From the NCBI GenBank assembly GCA_964622545.1, contig CAZUQM010000022.1, positions 40,080 to 104,079 of the forward strand: DNA of 64,000 nt, in the 5' to 3' direction. This DNA is from an uncultured Planctomycetales bacterium (GTDB lineage Bacteria; Planctomycetota; Phycisphaerae; UBA1845; JAFGLZ01). Positions 19,320-28,936 of this stretch are shown here, piece after piece. The translations under genes and the position numbers were made by a program. Under the pieces are notes generated by a model that saw nothing but the letters and a program-made list of their open reading frames with translations, was not told where the DNA came from and searched no databases. The stretch's first letter is position 1. Each line of letters begins with the position of its first letter.

Positions 19320-19390
19320 CCGATAAGTTCTTCAAGAACTGTATCGGCCAACCAATCCGAATGGCAAGAAAGCTAGTTCGGATTTTCTTG
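19320..19390. promoter_or_regulatory. Cluster of inverted repeats in a divergent intergenic region
   Basis: 28-bp near-palindrome CCGATAaGTTCTTcAAGAACtgTATCGG (19320-19347). Two interleaved 7-bp repeat pairs follow: ATCCGAA/TTCGGAT (19355-61/19377-83) and CAAGAAA/TTTCTTG (19365-71/19384-90). Confidence 0.45.
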
Positions 19391-19515
19391 TCGGCCGATC
19401 GGCCGAGGTAGCTGGAGCGCGTGTGAGGGCTACCTCCTGTGTGAATCATAGCCCCGGAACGGACGTATTTCGCCTAAGCGTCTTATTTTGCAGGATTCCG
19501 GCGCGGTGGTCCTGC

Positions 19516-19544
19516 TTGACTATCGGGCGTCGCATGCCTTTAAT
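19516..19544 (+). promoter_or_regulatory. Candidate sigma70-type promoter (TTGACT-N17-TTTAAT) upstream of the FG-GAP gene
   Basis: TTGACT at 19516-19521, a 17-nt spacer, then TTTAAT at 19539-19544, within a locally AT-rich patch. Confidence 0.35.
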
Positions 19545-19895
19545 TGGCGGGAGGCAGGCGTTAAGCAATCCTCCAATCCAGACTCCCCTGACACTGGGCG
19601 GCGGGTGAGGCCAAGAGGCGACGACTGAAGGGTGGGACTCATCCGGATTCAGGGGCTAGCGAACCTAAGTGACGGTGCAGGAATGGTTTGGGATGGCCAC
19701 GACCGAGCAGGGCATGAGATGCCCCCGCCGCACGACACCCCGACCGCGCCGTCGCAGGGAATACCGGCCGACCTCCCGTCGGGATGGTTCGGCTTAACTC
19801 TTTGTTGTGTATAAAGATGGATCGACCTAGGCCGAACCTCTTCGGCCGAAGCCGGGCGCGCCAACCCCGGCACGATCCTGGGCGAGGGAGACTCG

Positions 19896-22817
19896 ATGAT
19901 GACGGATCCCCAGAGGGGTGGACGACGTCTCGGCGGGCTGTGGTGGGTCCTGCTCACCGGCGTGTGGTGCTGTTTCGTGGCCTTGTGGGTCGGCTGTCTG
20001 CCGGCAACGGCCCCATCCCCGGGATCGGGCGACGGCACCGGCGATGGCACGGTTGCCGGCGACACCAAACAGGTCAACAACGCGCCGGTCATAACCATCA
20101 CCAAGCCGACGGGCAACAGCATCTTCAGCGTCGGCGACACGTTCACCATTGAATGGGAAGACTCCGATCCGGACGCCGGCGACAACGCGGTCATCACCAT
20201 CTTCCTCGATCCGGACGCCACGCCCGGAAGCGGCAATGAGATCCTGATCCAGGCCGGCATCCCGGAAGACCCCGATGGCGGCGCCAACGACAGCGTTGTC
20301 GTCGACACCGAGCTGCTGGGCATTCCGGTCGGCACCTACCGCATCGTTGCCCTCATTCAGGACGCGGCCGGCAACTCGGTCACCGAGGTGCCCGACTTCA
20401 CGATCCAGATCCTGCCCGAGGGCATCAGCCCCGGCAACGATCCGCCGAAGATCAAGTTCCTTCAGCCCACCGAGAACTTGGGCGTCGTCCAGGGCGACCA
20501 GGTCTGCGTCCAGTGGACCGGCAGCGACGCCGACACGCCGACCGCCACGGTCACGTTGTCGCTCGACTACGACCTCGATCCGACTAACGACGACCCCAAC
20601 GACCCGAACACGATCCTGATCCTTGGCACGGGCCTGCCCCTGAGCGGCACGACGGTCGACCCCAACACCGTCGACCCGAACACCGTGGATCCGAACACGG
20701 TCGACCCGAATGCGGCCGATCCGAACTGCAGCTTCCTCATCGACGTGGATACCACGCGGTCGATCGAGGTCACGCCTCCGGGCATTCCGCCACGCGAGGG
20801 CGGCCTGCCGTACTTCATCCGGGCCGATGTGGACGACGGTGTGAATCCCCCGGTCATCGCCTACGCCATCGGCTGGATCACCGTCCAGGCCTGGGCCGAG
20901 GGTGTGGTCGATCTGGGTGATGCGGGGCTCGGCCTGGCCGGGGCCATCTTCCAGGGATTCCACGGCAAGGTCGATCCGCTCGACGCCAACCAGGTCGGTG
21001 GGCTGGCCGGCTCCTGGGCCACGACGATCGGCGACCTCGACGGCGACGGCTACGACGACTTCATCGTCGCCGCGCGCTACAGCAACCCACGAGGCCGCGG
21101 TTTCATCGGGCAGGCCTATATGCTCTACGGCCGCTCCACGCGCTTCAGCAGCGTCAACAGCCTGAACAGCGTCGGCCTGAACATGCGGGGCTGTCAGTTC
21201 CACGGGGCCAAGAACTGGTCCGACCATCCAATCTTCGGCAACGGCGGTCAGGGGGGCAATGGGGGCCTGGCCTCCGTGACGTTCATCGACGACCTCGACG
21301 GCGACGACAAGCCCGAGATGATCTTCGGCTTCCCCGACGTCTACACCGACGAGGAGATGGACTACGATCCCCTCGACAAGGACGATCTCCTCTACATCGA
21401 CGACTTCCGGCTTCCCTTCTCGGACAACCATCCCCACGACGACTGGGGCTATGACTGGTTCAGCATGGTCGTCATGGTCTCCAGCAACCAGGAGTTCGAC
21501 GTCAACCGCCTCGAGGGCAACGCCATCGACCTGCAAATGGTCGGTCAACGCGACCCGGAAGGCGTCAGCAACGACGAGCTCGTGGGCATGGTCGGGTCCA
21601 TCCAGCCGAGAGGCGTGCGCTTCCGCGGCGAGCATCCCCAGCTGCTCGGCGCCACGAGGTTCGGTGAAACGGTGGCGGCGATTCCCGACACCGACGCCGA
21701 CGGCGTCCCCGAGCTGCTCTTCTCCGTACCCGAGGGCGACAACTTCCTCGACTTGCTACTCGAGGAAGAGGAGAGCGATAAGCGCGGCCGCATCGACGTC
21801 TACCTCGGCCGCAACTTCGAGGCATGGCACGACCTGCCCGTCAAGTCGATCCCCGAGATCAACGCCGTGACGGTCAAGATCGGCGACGAGGAGTATGGCG
21901 ATCGGTTCTTCACCTGGCCCGTCTTCTACAGCATCCTGGGCGAGTCCCCCGATGACCACCTCGGACGCGCCCTCCACGCCGGTGACTTCAACCAGGACGG
22001 CTCGCCCGACATCGCCTGTGGGGCGATCGGCGCCGACCGAAACGGCCTGACCGACAACGGTATCGCCTACATCGCGTTCGGCCAGTTGGTCATCGGCGAG
22101 CTGAAGATCGACGAGCATCCCCGCATCGAGATCCTCGGCTCGTCCGACGGCGATCAGCTCGGCGAGACCCAGTGCGGCGTCGGCGACTTCAACGGCGACA
22201 GCATCGACGACGTCGGACTCGGTAGCGCCCACTTCGATCCGAACGGGACGACCGACGCCGGCTTCGCGGCCGTCCTCTTCGGTGGCCGGCGATACACGGG
22301 TGAGAGGACCTACGACGTCCACGACATCGCCACGCCGGCCCTGCCGGGCGTGAAGTTCATCGGCTCCAACGCCAACGCGATGGCCGGGGCCATGGTGAAC
22401 TCCGCGGGCGACTTCAACGGCGACGGCCGAAACGACATCATCATTTCGGCCCCCGGCGAGGAATACCGCTTCCAGGCCGGCGGCTCGACCCAGACCCGCG
22501 TCGGCGTGTGTTACCTGATCTTCGGCAACAACAACCTGCTCAACAAGACGTTCACGCTGGATGAGGTCGGCACGGCCGAACTGCCGGGCATCGTCTTCGT
22601 CAGCCCCTACGAGAAGGGTACGGCCGACCAGGCCGGCGTCGATACCTGCTTCAAGATCGGTGACATCAACGGCGACGGCTACGACGAGATCATCATCGGC
22701 AACACGACCGCCGACTACGTCAACCCGGCCAATCCCTCCCAGCGACGTGTGGATGCCGGCGAGGCCTACGTGATCTACGGCAACAACTTCTCGGGCAACA
22801 ACCCGAACAACTGGTAG
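19896..22817 (+). CDS. Large FG-GAP/integrin-alpha-like repeat surface protein
   Basis: 973 aa with a signal/lipobox-like LWVGC. Multiple FG-GAP calcium-binding loops are present (GDLDGDGYDDFIV, GDFNQDGSPDIA, GDFNGDSIDDVG, GDFNGDGRNDIII, GDINGDGYDEIII). Confidence 0.85.
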   Translation: MMTDPQRGGRRLGGLWWVLLTGVWCCFVALWVGCLPATAPSPGSGDGTGDGTVAGDTKQVNNAPVITITKPTGNSIFSVGDTFTIEWEDSDPDAGDNAVITIFLDPDATPGSGNEILIQAGIPEDPDGGANDSVVVDTELLGIPVGTYRIVALIQDAAGNSVTEVPDFTIQILPEGISPGNDPPKIKFLQPTENLGVVQGDQVCVQWTGSDADTPTATVTLSLDYDLDPTNDDPNDPNTILILGTGLPLSGTTVDPNTVDPNTVDPNTVDPNAADPNCSFLIDVDTTRSIEVTPPGIPPREGGLPYFIRADVDDGVNPPVIAYAIGWITVQAWAEGVVDLGDAGLGLAGAIFQGFHGKVDPLDANQVGGLAGSWATTIGDLDGDGYDDFIVAARYSNPRGRGFIGQAYMLYGRSTRFSSVNSLNSVGLNMRGCQFHGAKNWSDHPIFGNGGQGGNGGLASVTFIDDLDGDDKPEMIFGFPDVYTDEEMDYDPLDKDDLLYIDDFRLPFSDNHPHDDWGYDWFSMVVMVSSNQEFDVNRLEGNAIDLQMVGQRDPEGVSNDELVGMVGSIQPRGVRFRGEHPQLLGATRFGETVAAIPDTDADGVPELLFSVPEGDNFLDLLLEEEESDKRGRIDVYLGRNFEAWHDLPVKSIPEINAVTVKIGDEEYGDRFFTWPVFYSILGESPDDHLGRALHAGDFNQDGSPDIACGAIGADRNGLTDNGIAYIAFGQLVIGELKIDEHPRIEILGSSDGDQLGETQCGVGDFNGDSIDDVGLGSAHFDPNGTTDAGFAAVLFGGRRYTGERTYDVHDIATPALPGVKFIGSNANAMAGAMVNSAGDFNGDGRNDIIISAPGEEYRFQAGGSTQTRVGVCYLIFGNNNLLNKTFTLDEVGTAELPGIVFVSPYEKGTADQAGVDTCFKIGDINGDGYDEIIIGNTTADYVNPANPSQRRVDAGEAYVIYGNNFSGNNPNNW
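20655..20729 (+). repeat. In-frame 15-bp tandem repeat x5 encoding (V/A)DPN(T/A/C) inside the FG-GAP gene
   Basis: GTCGACCCCAACACC, GTCGACCCGAACACC, GTGGATCCGAACACG, GTCGACCCGAATGCG, GCCGATCCGAACTGC. Confidence 0.9.
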
Positions 22818-22843
22818 CCGAGTCGGCGGGCTCCGATAACACG

Positions 22844-22880
22844 ACGGGCCACTGGACTGAGACGTCCGGTGGCCCGTTTC
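22844..22880 (+). terminator. Rho-independent terminator after the FG-GAP gene
   Basis: ACGGGCCAC (22844-22852) pairs with GTGGCCCGT (22869-22877), followed by TTC ATT. Confidence 0.55.
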
Positions 22881-23216
22881 ATTATGGGCCGCGAGCCGCC
22901 ATCCCGGCGCCTCTTTCAGAAACCCTCCGCCGGAACAAACCCCACTTTCATAGGGTTCAGCCCCTATGCACCGCCCCGTCGCCGCGCGAACGCCTCGGCG
23001 TATCTAAAGCATCCCGCCCTTTGCGACGACACGCTAAGCGCGTCAGGACCGGCTCTGAGCCGGCCGAGCGCTCGACGACACGCCTGGCGCGCCGACCGAC
23101 GGTCGGGCGACGCCGGCCGTCGGGCCTGAGCGCGTGACCGCCCGATCGTCGAGCGGACGGGTCCTTTGCCGGACGGATCAGTATCACGACACCTCACGGT
23201 GATTGGAGACACCGAC

Positions 23217-24278
23217 ATGGCCATGAATCTCAGCGGCAAGATCGTTTTCGCCAGCGGCAAGCAGGGCGACTACGACGTCTGGGCGATGGACCTGGACAGC
23301 AAGCGCCTCTGGCAACTGACCTTCGGCAACTTCTGGAACGACAAACCCCGCTGGTCGCCCGACGGGCGGTCCGTCGTCTTCGTCAGCAACGCCGCGGGTA
23401 CCCCCGACATCTACAAGGTCCCCGCCGACGGCGGCGAGATGGTGCCCCTCGTGCAGAACGACCGGTGGAACGACTTCCCGGCCTTCAGCCCCGACGGCAA
23501 GTGGCTCGGCTTCGTCTCAAACACCAGCGGCAACAACGACATCTTCATCTCCGACGCCGCCGGCAACGATCCCAAGCAGCTCACGACCTACGAGGGCAGC
23601 GACTCGTCGTTCGCCTGGATGCCCGACGGCAAGGCGATCCTCTTCAGCACCGACCGCTCCGGCAACGCCGACATCTGGCGGCTCGAGCTCGCCAGCGGCG
23701 AGAAGATCCAGCTCACCACCGATCCGGGTATGGACATCTACCCCGCTCCGAGCCCCGACGGCAAACTCATCGCGTTCGTGTCCAACCGGCAGTTCGATCC
23801 CGACGCCTGCCGGACCGAGTGGAGCGACCGTGACCAGGACGTCTGGCTCATGACAGCCGACGGCCGGTTCAAGGCCCGCATCACCGAGAACCAGGGTTCC
23901 GACCGGTGCGTGACCTGGTCGCCGGACGGGCGCTACCTGCTCTACACCTCCAGCCGGAGCAACGACGCGGCCGAGCGGCTCCGCATCGTCGACGTCCGCG
24001 AACTCGTCTCGGCCTACGAGACCTACGACGAGGCGGCCATTCAGCGTGCCGCCGGCAACCTCCGCGTCAAGAGCCTGGACCTCGACCGTCGTGAGCTCGA
24101 GGCCGAGATCGACGCGCGCCGGAACACGACGCTGCTGACCAGCCTGCTGCCCGACGCCTTGGTCCGCCCGCTATATGGCGAGGCCTACTTCGGCTCGGAG
24201 CGCTACCCGCACTGGATCGGCGCGCCGCGACCTGCCCACGTCAAGACCTGGGACGAGGCCGTCGGCGCGATGTGCTGA
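23217..24278 (+). CDS. TolB-like WD40/PD40 beta-propeller repeat protein
   Basis: Repeated PD40 units: PRWSPDGRSVVFVSN, PAFSPDGKWLGFVSN, FAWMPDGKAILFSTDR, PAPSPDGKLIAFVSNR, VTWSPDGRYLLYTSSR. ATG at 23217 follows GGAGA; the ORF also opens at 23166. Confidence 0.8.
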   Translation: MAMNLSGKIVFASGKQGDYDVWAMDLDSKRLWQLTFGNFWNDKPRWSPDGRSVVFVSNAAGTPDIYKVPADGGEMVPLVQNDRWNDFPAFSPDGKWLGFVSNTSGNNDIFISDAAGNDPKQLTTYEGSDSSFAWMPDGKAILFSTDRSGNADIWRLELASGEKIQLTTDPGMDIYPAPSPDGKLIAFVSNRQFDPDACRTEWSDRDQDVWLMTADGRFKARITENQGSDRCVTWSPDGRYLLYTSSRSNDAAERLRIVDVRELVSAYETYDEAAIQRAAGNLRVKSLDLDRRELEAEIDARRNTTLLTSLLPDALVRPLYGEAYFGSERYPHWIGAPRPAHVKTWDEAVGAMC

Positions 24279-24365
24279 TCGGCGGTGGCATCGCCCAGGG
24301 GCTCGTCGATGCTCGTCACAGACGGCTCGCCCAAACAATCGCGGGATCCCTGAGACGCAGGTCGA

Positions 24366-25181
24366 CTAGCTGTGTTTCTGAATGTCGCCCAGAAGCCGGG
24401 CGTGCAGTCCGGGTCCGGCCGCGAGGAAGCCCAGGTCGTCTTCGTCGTATTCCGTCAGCCGGCGCGGAAACAGAGGACGCCCGCTCGTCGAGGTCGTCAC
24501 GCCGCCGGCCTCGGTCACCAGCAGAAACCCCGCCGCCAGGTCCCACAGCTTGCATTGCTGATGGTAGGCCGCGTCGATCATGCCGGCCGCCACGAACGCC
24601 ATGTGCAGCGCCGCCGAGCCGAAGTTCCTCAGGCTGAACGAATCCACCCAATGATGCATGACCGCCGGGGCAGGGTGACCGCTCCTACCGCGGACCGTGA
24701 TCATCGTGTCCGGATTGGCCGGGATGTCACGCACCGCCATGGTCTCCCCGTCGAGCGTCGCGCCGCCGCCCAACGAGGCCGCGAACGTCTGTCCCGTCAT
24801 CGCATCGCAGACCGCCGCGGCGATCGGTTCGCCGTCGCGCAGCACCGCCACCGACGTGCTGAACACCGGAACGGCCCGGCTGAAGTTCCGCGTCCCGTCC
24901 AGCGGATCGATCACCCAACAGATCGTGGCCCGGTCCACCGGGGCGTGCCGCTCGGGATGGGCCAACTCCTCCTCGGCCAGCACGGCGTGGCCGGGATACC
25001 GGTCGGCGATGGCCGCGAGCAGGGCGTCCTGGATCTCGAAGTCGACCTGGGTGATGAACGTGCTGTCGGCCTTCCGCGCGGTCCGTGCCTGCCCGACGCG
25101 ATCGGCGGCGATGCGACCTCCGTGTCGGGCCAGCTCAATGGTCGTCCGCAGCAGATCGGTCTGGTCGGTGTCGGCTGTCAT
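24366..25181 (-). CDS. Inositol monophosphatase family protein
   Basis: WVIDPLDGTRNF and WDLAAG motifs; 271 aa. Confidence 0.9.
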   Translation of the reverse strand: MTADTDQTDLLRTTIELARHGGRIAADRVGQARTARKADSTFITQVDFEIQDALLAAIADRYPGHAVLAEEELAHPERHAPVDRATICWVIDPLDGTRNFSRAVPVFSTSVAVLRDGEPIAAAVCDAMTGQTFAASLGGGATLDGETMAVRDIPANPDTMITVRGRSGHPAPAVMHHWVDSFSLRNFGSAALHMAFVAAGMIDAAYHQQCKLWDLAAGFLLVTEAGGVTTSTSGRPLFPRRLTEYDEDDLGFLAAGPGLHARLLGDIQKHS

Positions 25182-25312
25182 GGCAGCGTCCCCTCGTTCA
25201 TCGGTTGGATGAACGTCGAGGACGCATCATAGCAGGGCAGGGCGGGGTGTGCAGGTCCCGCGCGCCGCCAGGCAGCCGTCGACCCGGCCGGGCTTCGCCG
25301 GCTACAGCGGGA

Positions 25313-25930
25313 TCAATAGAACATCGTCAAGATCAGGTGCGGCTCGGCGTGCTTGCCCTCGACCACGCCCACGGAGCTCGTCGCGAACTTGATCTCGATG
25401 TTGGGATTGTTGTCGACCCACTCGTTGATCAGGTTGTTCATGTAGGCGATCGAGCCGTCGTTCAGCTTGGCGTGAAACGTGCGGCAGCGCGTCGCGCCTC
25501 GCCCGGTCTGTTGGAGGTCTCGCTTCAGGCTGCTCTCATCCAGCGCCGTTTGGGCGGCCTGGATGCCGGTGCCTCCGAAGGCCTTGATCTTGCTCATCCC
25601 GCTCTCTTGCGGGACCTCTTCCTCCTCTTCGGGCTCCAGGGCGATGGGCGACAGGTCCTCGTCCGTCCGCTCGCGCGGCATGCGGATGCCCGAGGCGCTC
25701 TCGATGGCATCCAGGTCGACCTCCGGCGTGGTCGACACCTCCTCCATCGCGTCCAGATCGATCAGCTCGGAATCCGCCGCGGACAGCTCGTCCACGTCGG
25801 CGGCGCTGACGAAAACGTCGCCGTTGTCCTCCACCAGGTTGATCCTGCCGTCTTTGGCGAGGCTGCGCACCTCCTTCTCCGACTTCCCGAGCCGCTCCGT
25901 CGCCTCCTCGAGAGAGATGAAACCGGCCAT
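25313..25930 (-). CDS. Hypothetical protein: N-terminal excisionase/MerR-like HTH, acidic linker, conserved-looking C-terminal domain
   Basis: Start MAGFISLEEATERLGKSEKEVRSLAKDGRI (HTH-like), then a D/E-rich middle, then C-terminal RTFHAKLNDGSIAYMNNLINEWV. ATG at 25930. Confidence 0.5.
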   Translation of the reverse strand: MAGFISLEEATERLGKSEKEVRSLAKDGRINLVEDNGDVFVSAADVDELSAADSELIDLDAMEEVSTTPEVDLDAIESASGIRMPRERTDEDLSPIALEPEEEEEVPQESGMSKIKAFGGTGIQAAQTALDESSLKRDLQQTGRGATRCRTFHAKLNDGSIAYMNNLINEWVDNNPNIEIKFATSSVGVVEGKHAEPHLILTMFY

Positions 25931-26046
25931 GCGTGTCACTCCCGGCGCTGTTGCGCCCAATGAACCGCTAGAGATGGTTGCCAGACATGTACGTCCTATT
26001 CTACTCAGGCCAGGACCGTCGGTTCAACGGAATGTCGCGGGGTTCG

Positions 26047-27105
26047 TCAGCCGGGGAAGGGCGTGCCCTTGCGGACGGCGGCCGTCACCCGGATCACCTC
26101 GCGGGCGCTCTCGGGCGTCACCACCATCGGTTTGCCGCGCCGGAGCGTGTCGGCGACCGTGTCGTGGTAGGTGGTCTTGTCCTTGCTCCCCACCGCCATC
26201 GTCTTGGTCCGCCACGGGAGCTTTTCGTCGTTGCCGTAGACGCGGCCGACCGGAGGCGTCTCGATGACCTTCAGGGGCCCGACTTTCTTCGGGTCGACAT
26301 AGTTGATCGTGCTGGTCTTGCCGTCGCTGCTCAGCGTGCCGCAATCGCCCAAGACCATCCACTTCGGCAGCGACGCCGCGCACGCGGTCGAGACCTCCAG
26401 ATCGGCCGTGATGCCTGACCGCCCCCGCAGGATGATCTTCACGTGATCCTCCACGTCGCCCGCGTCGTTGATGTGCTGGAGGTCGCCCCAGATGCTCCGA
26501 ACCGGCCAGCCGATGAGCTGAAGCGTCATGTCGATGATGTGCGGGCAGGTGTTGTTCAGCACGCCGCCGCCGTACTTCCGAAGCGTCTGCCAGTCGTTGC
26601 GCCGCGCGAAGCCGAGCCAGTTGCCCCGGATGTGAAAGACCCGACCCAGGATGCCGCTGCCGAGCACCTCCGACAGGTGCTTGAACTCGTCGTTGAAGCG
26701 GTAGTTCTGATGCACGAACAGCTTCTTGCGGGCCCGCTTGGCCGCGGCGATCATCCGATCCGCCTGCCGGACGTTCATGGCCATGGGCTTCTCGATCAGG
26801 ACGTGTCGACCGGCCCGCAGCGCGGCCGTCGTGTGCGGACCGTGATCGCGGCTCGGCGTCGCCACGCAGACCAACTCGGCGTCGGCGCGTCGAAGCATCT
26901 CGCGGTAATCGTCGAACGTGACGCAGCCGAGGTCGCTCTCCGCCTCGGCGCGTCGGTCGGGCTCCGGGTCGCAACAGGCCGTGATGCGGAAATCCTTGCG
27001 ATCCCGCAGGGCCTTAGCGTGGATGTCCCAACCGGCCCGGCCTAGACCGGCGATCGCCACCGTGATCGGCTTGGTGCCTCGTTGGGTTGCCTTCCTCTTA
27101 GCCAT
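26047..27105 (-). CDS. Gfo/Idh/MocA family oxidoreductase
   Basis: N-terminal Rossmann motif VAIAGLGRAGW and VLIEKP; 352 aa. Confidence 0.85.
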   Translation of the reverse strand: MAKRKATQRGTKPITVAIAGLGRAGWDIHAKALRDRKDFRITACCDPEPDRRAEAESDLGCVTFDDYREMLRRADAELVCVATPSRDHGPHTTAALRAGRHVLIEKPMAMNVRQADRMIAAAKRARKKLFVHQNYRFNDEFKHLSEVLGSGILGRVFHIRGNWLGFARRNDWQTLRKYGGGVLNNTCPHIIDMTLQLIGWPVRSIWGDLQHINDAGDVEDHVKIILRGRSGITADLEVSTACAASLPKWMVLGDCGTLSSDGKTSTINYVDPKKVGPLKVIETPPVGRVYGNDEKLPWRTKTMAVGSKDKTTYHDTVADTLRRGKPMVVTPESAREVIRVTAAVRKGTPFPG

Positions 27106-27144
27106 GCAACTCCTTCGCTGCGAGACGGGAGGGATCGAGCCCGC

Positions 27145-28179
27145 TCACTTTGTCAGCCAGGCCGCAAGCAAGTCCGCCGCCGCCTGGAGGTCGTCCTTGT
27201 GCACCGACTCCACCACGGTATGGACGTATCGACAAGGCACGCTGATCGCCACGCAACGCACGCCGCCGCGGGAGCGCTGGATCGCCGCCGTGTCCGTGCC
27301 ACCACGCGGAAGCAGCTCGATCTGGTGCTTGATCTTCTTCTTCTTGGCCACCCCGATTAGCTCGTCCACGAGCTTGCGGTCGCAGATGATCGAGCTGTCC
27401 ATGAGCTTGATCGCCGCCCCTTCGCCCAGCTTCGTGACCTGGTCCTCCGTCGACATGCCCGGCAGATCGCAGGCCAGCGTCACGTCCAGAGCAACCCCGA
27501 TGTCGGGCTCGACACCGAACGCGCTGGTCGTCGCGCCCCGCAGGCCCACCTCCTCCTGCACCGTGCCCACATACAGAATCTCATGCGGGCTCTTCTTACC
27601 CACCTTCTCGAGGGCCCTCAGGGCCACCCAGGTCGCCACCCGGTTGTCCATGGCCTTGCCGCACAGGCAATCCCCGATCTCGACCGTCTCCTGAACCAGC
27701 GTGACCGGGTCACCCACCGAGACCCACTGCTTGACCTTCTTGGCGTCCACCATCAGGTCCACGAAGAAATCACTAACCTGCGGCACCTTCTTGCGGTCTT
27801 CCTCGGTAAGCATGTGGGCGGGCTTGGCCGTCGGCGACAGGACGCCCACCAGGTCGCGTTTGCCCTGAACCAGCACGCGCCGAGCGAACAGCGTCCGCGT
27901 GTCGAAGCCGCCCACGGCCGCGAGTCGCAGCCGGCCGCCCTCGTCAATGCTGCGGACGTAGAACCCGATTTCGTCGATGTGGCAGGCGAGCATGATCTTG
28001 TTCGACTGGTGGCCCCGGCCGGGCTTCTTGCCCGGCTTTTTGCGACAGATCAGGTTGCCCATGGCGTCGACCTGTTGGTCGTCGAACAGGTCCTTGCCGT
28101 AGTCCTTGATGAAGTCGCGGACGCGTTCTTCGCGGCCCGGGACGCCGGGCAGCTCGGTTAGCTGTTTGAGCAGGTCCAT
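27145..28179 (-). CDS. M42 family metallopeptidase (FrvX/glutamyl aminopeptidase-like)
   Basis: LTELPGVPGREERVRDF N-terminus and HIDEIGF motif; 344 aa. Confidence 0.85.
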   Translation of the reverse strand: MDLLKQLTELPGVPGREERVRDFIKDYGKDLFDDQQVDAMGNLICRKKPGKKPGRGHQSNKIMLACHIDEIGFYVRSIDEGGRLRLAAVGGFDTRTLFARRVLVQGKRDLVGVLSPTAKPAHMLTEEDRKKVPQVSDFFVDLMVDAKKVKQWVSVGDPVTLVQETVEIGDCLCGKAMDNRVATWVALRALEKVGKKSPHEILYVGTVQEEVGLRGATTSAFGVEPDIGVALDVTLACDLPGMSTEDQVTKLGEGAAIKLMDSSIICDRKLVDELIGVAKKKKIKHQIELLPRGGTDTAAIQRSRGGVRCVAISVPCRYVHTVVESVHKDDLQAAADLLAAWLTK

Positions 28180-28366
28180 GGTTGCCTCCTGAGCGACATA
28201 GCCTTGTGGAAGATCGGACCGGGGCGGCGGCTTGTCGCAGAGCCCGTCGAACCCAACTCCGACCGCGAGCGTAGTTTAACCGGATGCCGCGCCCGTGACA
28301 GGTCCAAGCGATACCGAATTTTCTGACAGGACACGCCCACCCGACGTGTCCAACACGGTAGACACC

Positions 28367-28936
28367 ATGATGACGCAGACCGCCGAACAACCCACGGACC
28401 TGCCTCTGGTCGAGGCCGTGCGACGCGGGGATCCAGACGCGTTCGGGGAGTTCGTACGTCGAAACGAGAGGTGGGTCCGTGGCGTCATCCTGGGTGTCAC
28501 CGGCCGTAGCGACCTGGTCCACGACGTGGCCCAGGACGTCTGGGAGCGCGCGTGGCGGCACGCCGGGACGTTACGGGATACGCAGAAATGGCGGCCGTGG
28601 CTCTACAAGCTCGCGAGGAGGGCCGCCATCGACGCCGGCAAACGCAGGCGGGCGACGGCCGACCGCGAGGCAGCGGCCGACGAGACCCTCGATCGTACCC
28701 CCGCGGCTGAGCCCACGCCCGACCAGCAGCTCGTCGACGACGAGCAGCGAGCGCGGATGACCGAGGCCATTCGAAGCCTGCCTCCACACTACCGCGAGCC
28801 TTTCGTGCTCAAGCATGTGGAGGGCTGGAGCTATGCCCAGATCGGCCAGGTCCTCGGGCTGCCGGAGCCGACGGTCGAGACACGACTGGTCCGTGCAAGA
28901 CGGATGCTTCGAGAGACCCTACAGAACGTGACGTGA
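28367..28936 (+). CDS. ECF-type RNA polymerase sigma-70 factor
   Basis: Region 2 (DLVHDVAQDVWERAW) and region 4 HTH (SYAQIGQVLGLPEPTVETRLVRARRML). The ATG ATG at 28367 is the likely start; the ORF opens at 28295. Confidence 0.85.
   Translation: MMTQTAEQPTDLPLVEAVRRGDPDAFGEFVRRNERWVRGVILGVTGRSDLVHDVAQDVWERAWRHAGTLRDTQKWRPWLYKLARRAAIDAGKRRRATADREAAADETLDRTPAAEPTPDQQLVDDEQRARMTEAIRSLPPHYREPFVLKHVEGWSYAQIGQVLGLPEPTVETRLVRARRMLRETLQNVT

Noticed and set aside
19827-21635. 602-aa minus-strand ORF antisense to the FG-GAP gene
   Set aside because: It is a mirror-frame artefact of GC-rich coding sequence (Val/Asp/Gly/Arg-rich, no motifs). The sense frame carries clear FG-GAP repeats.
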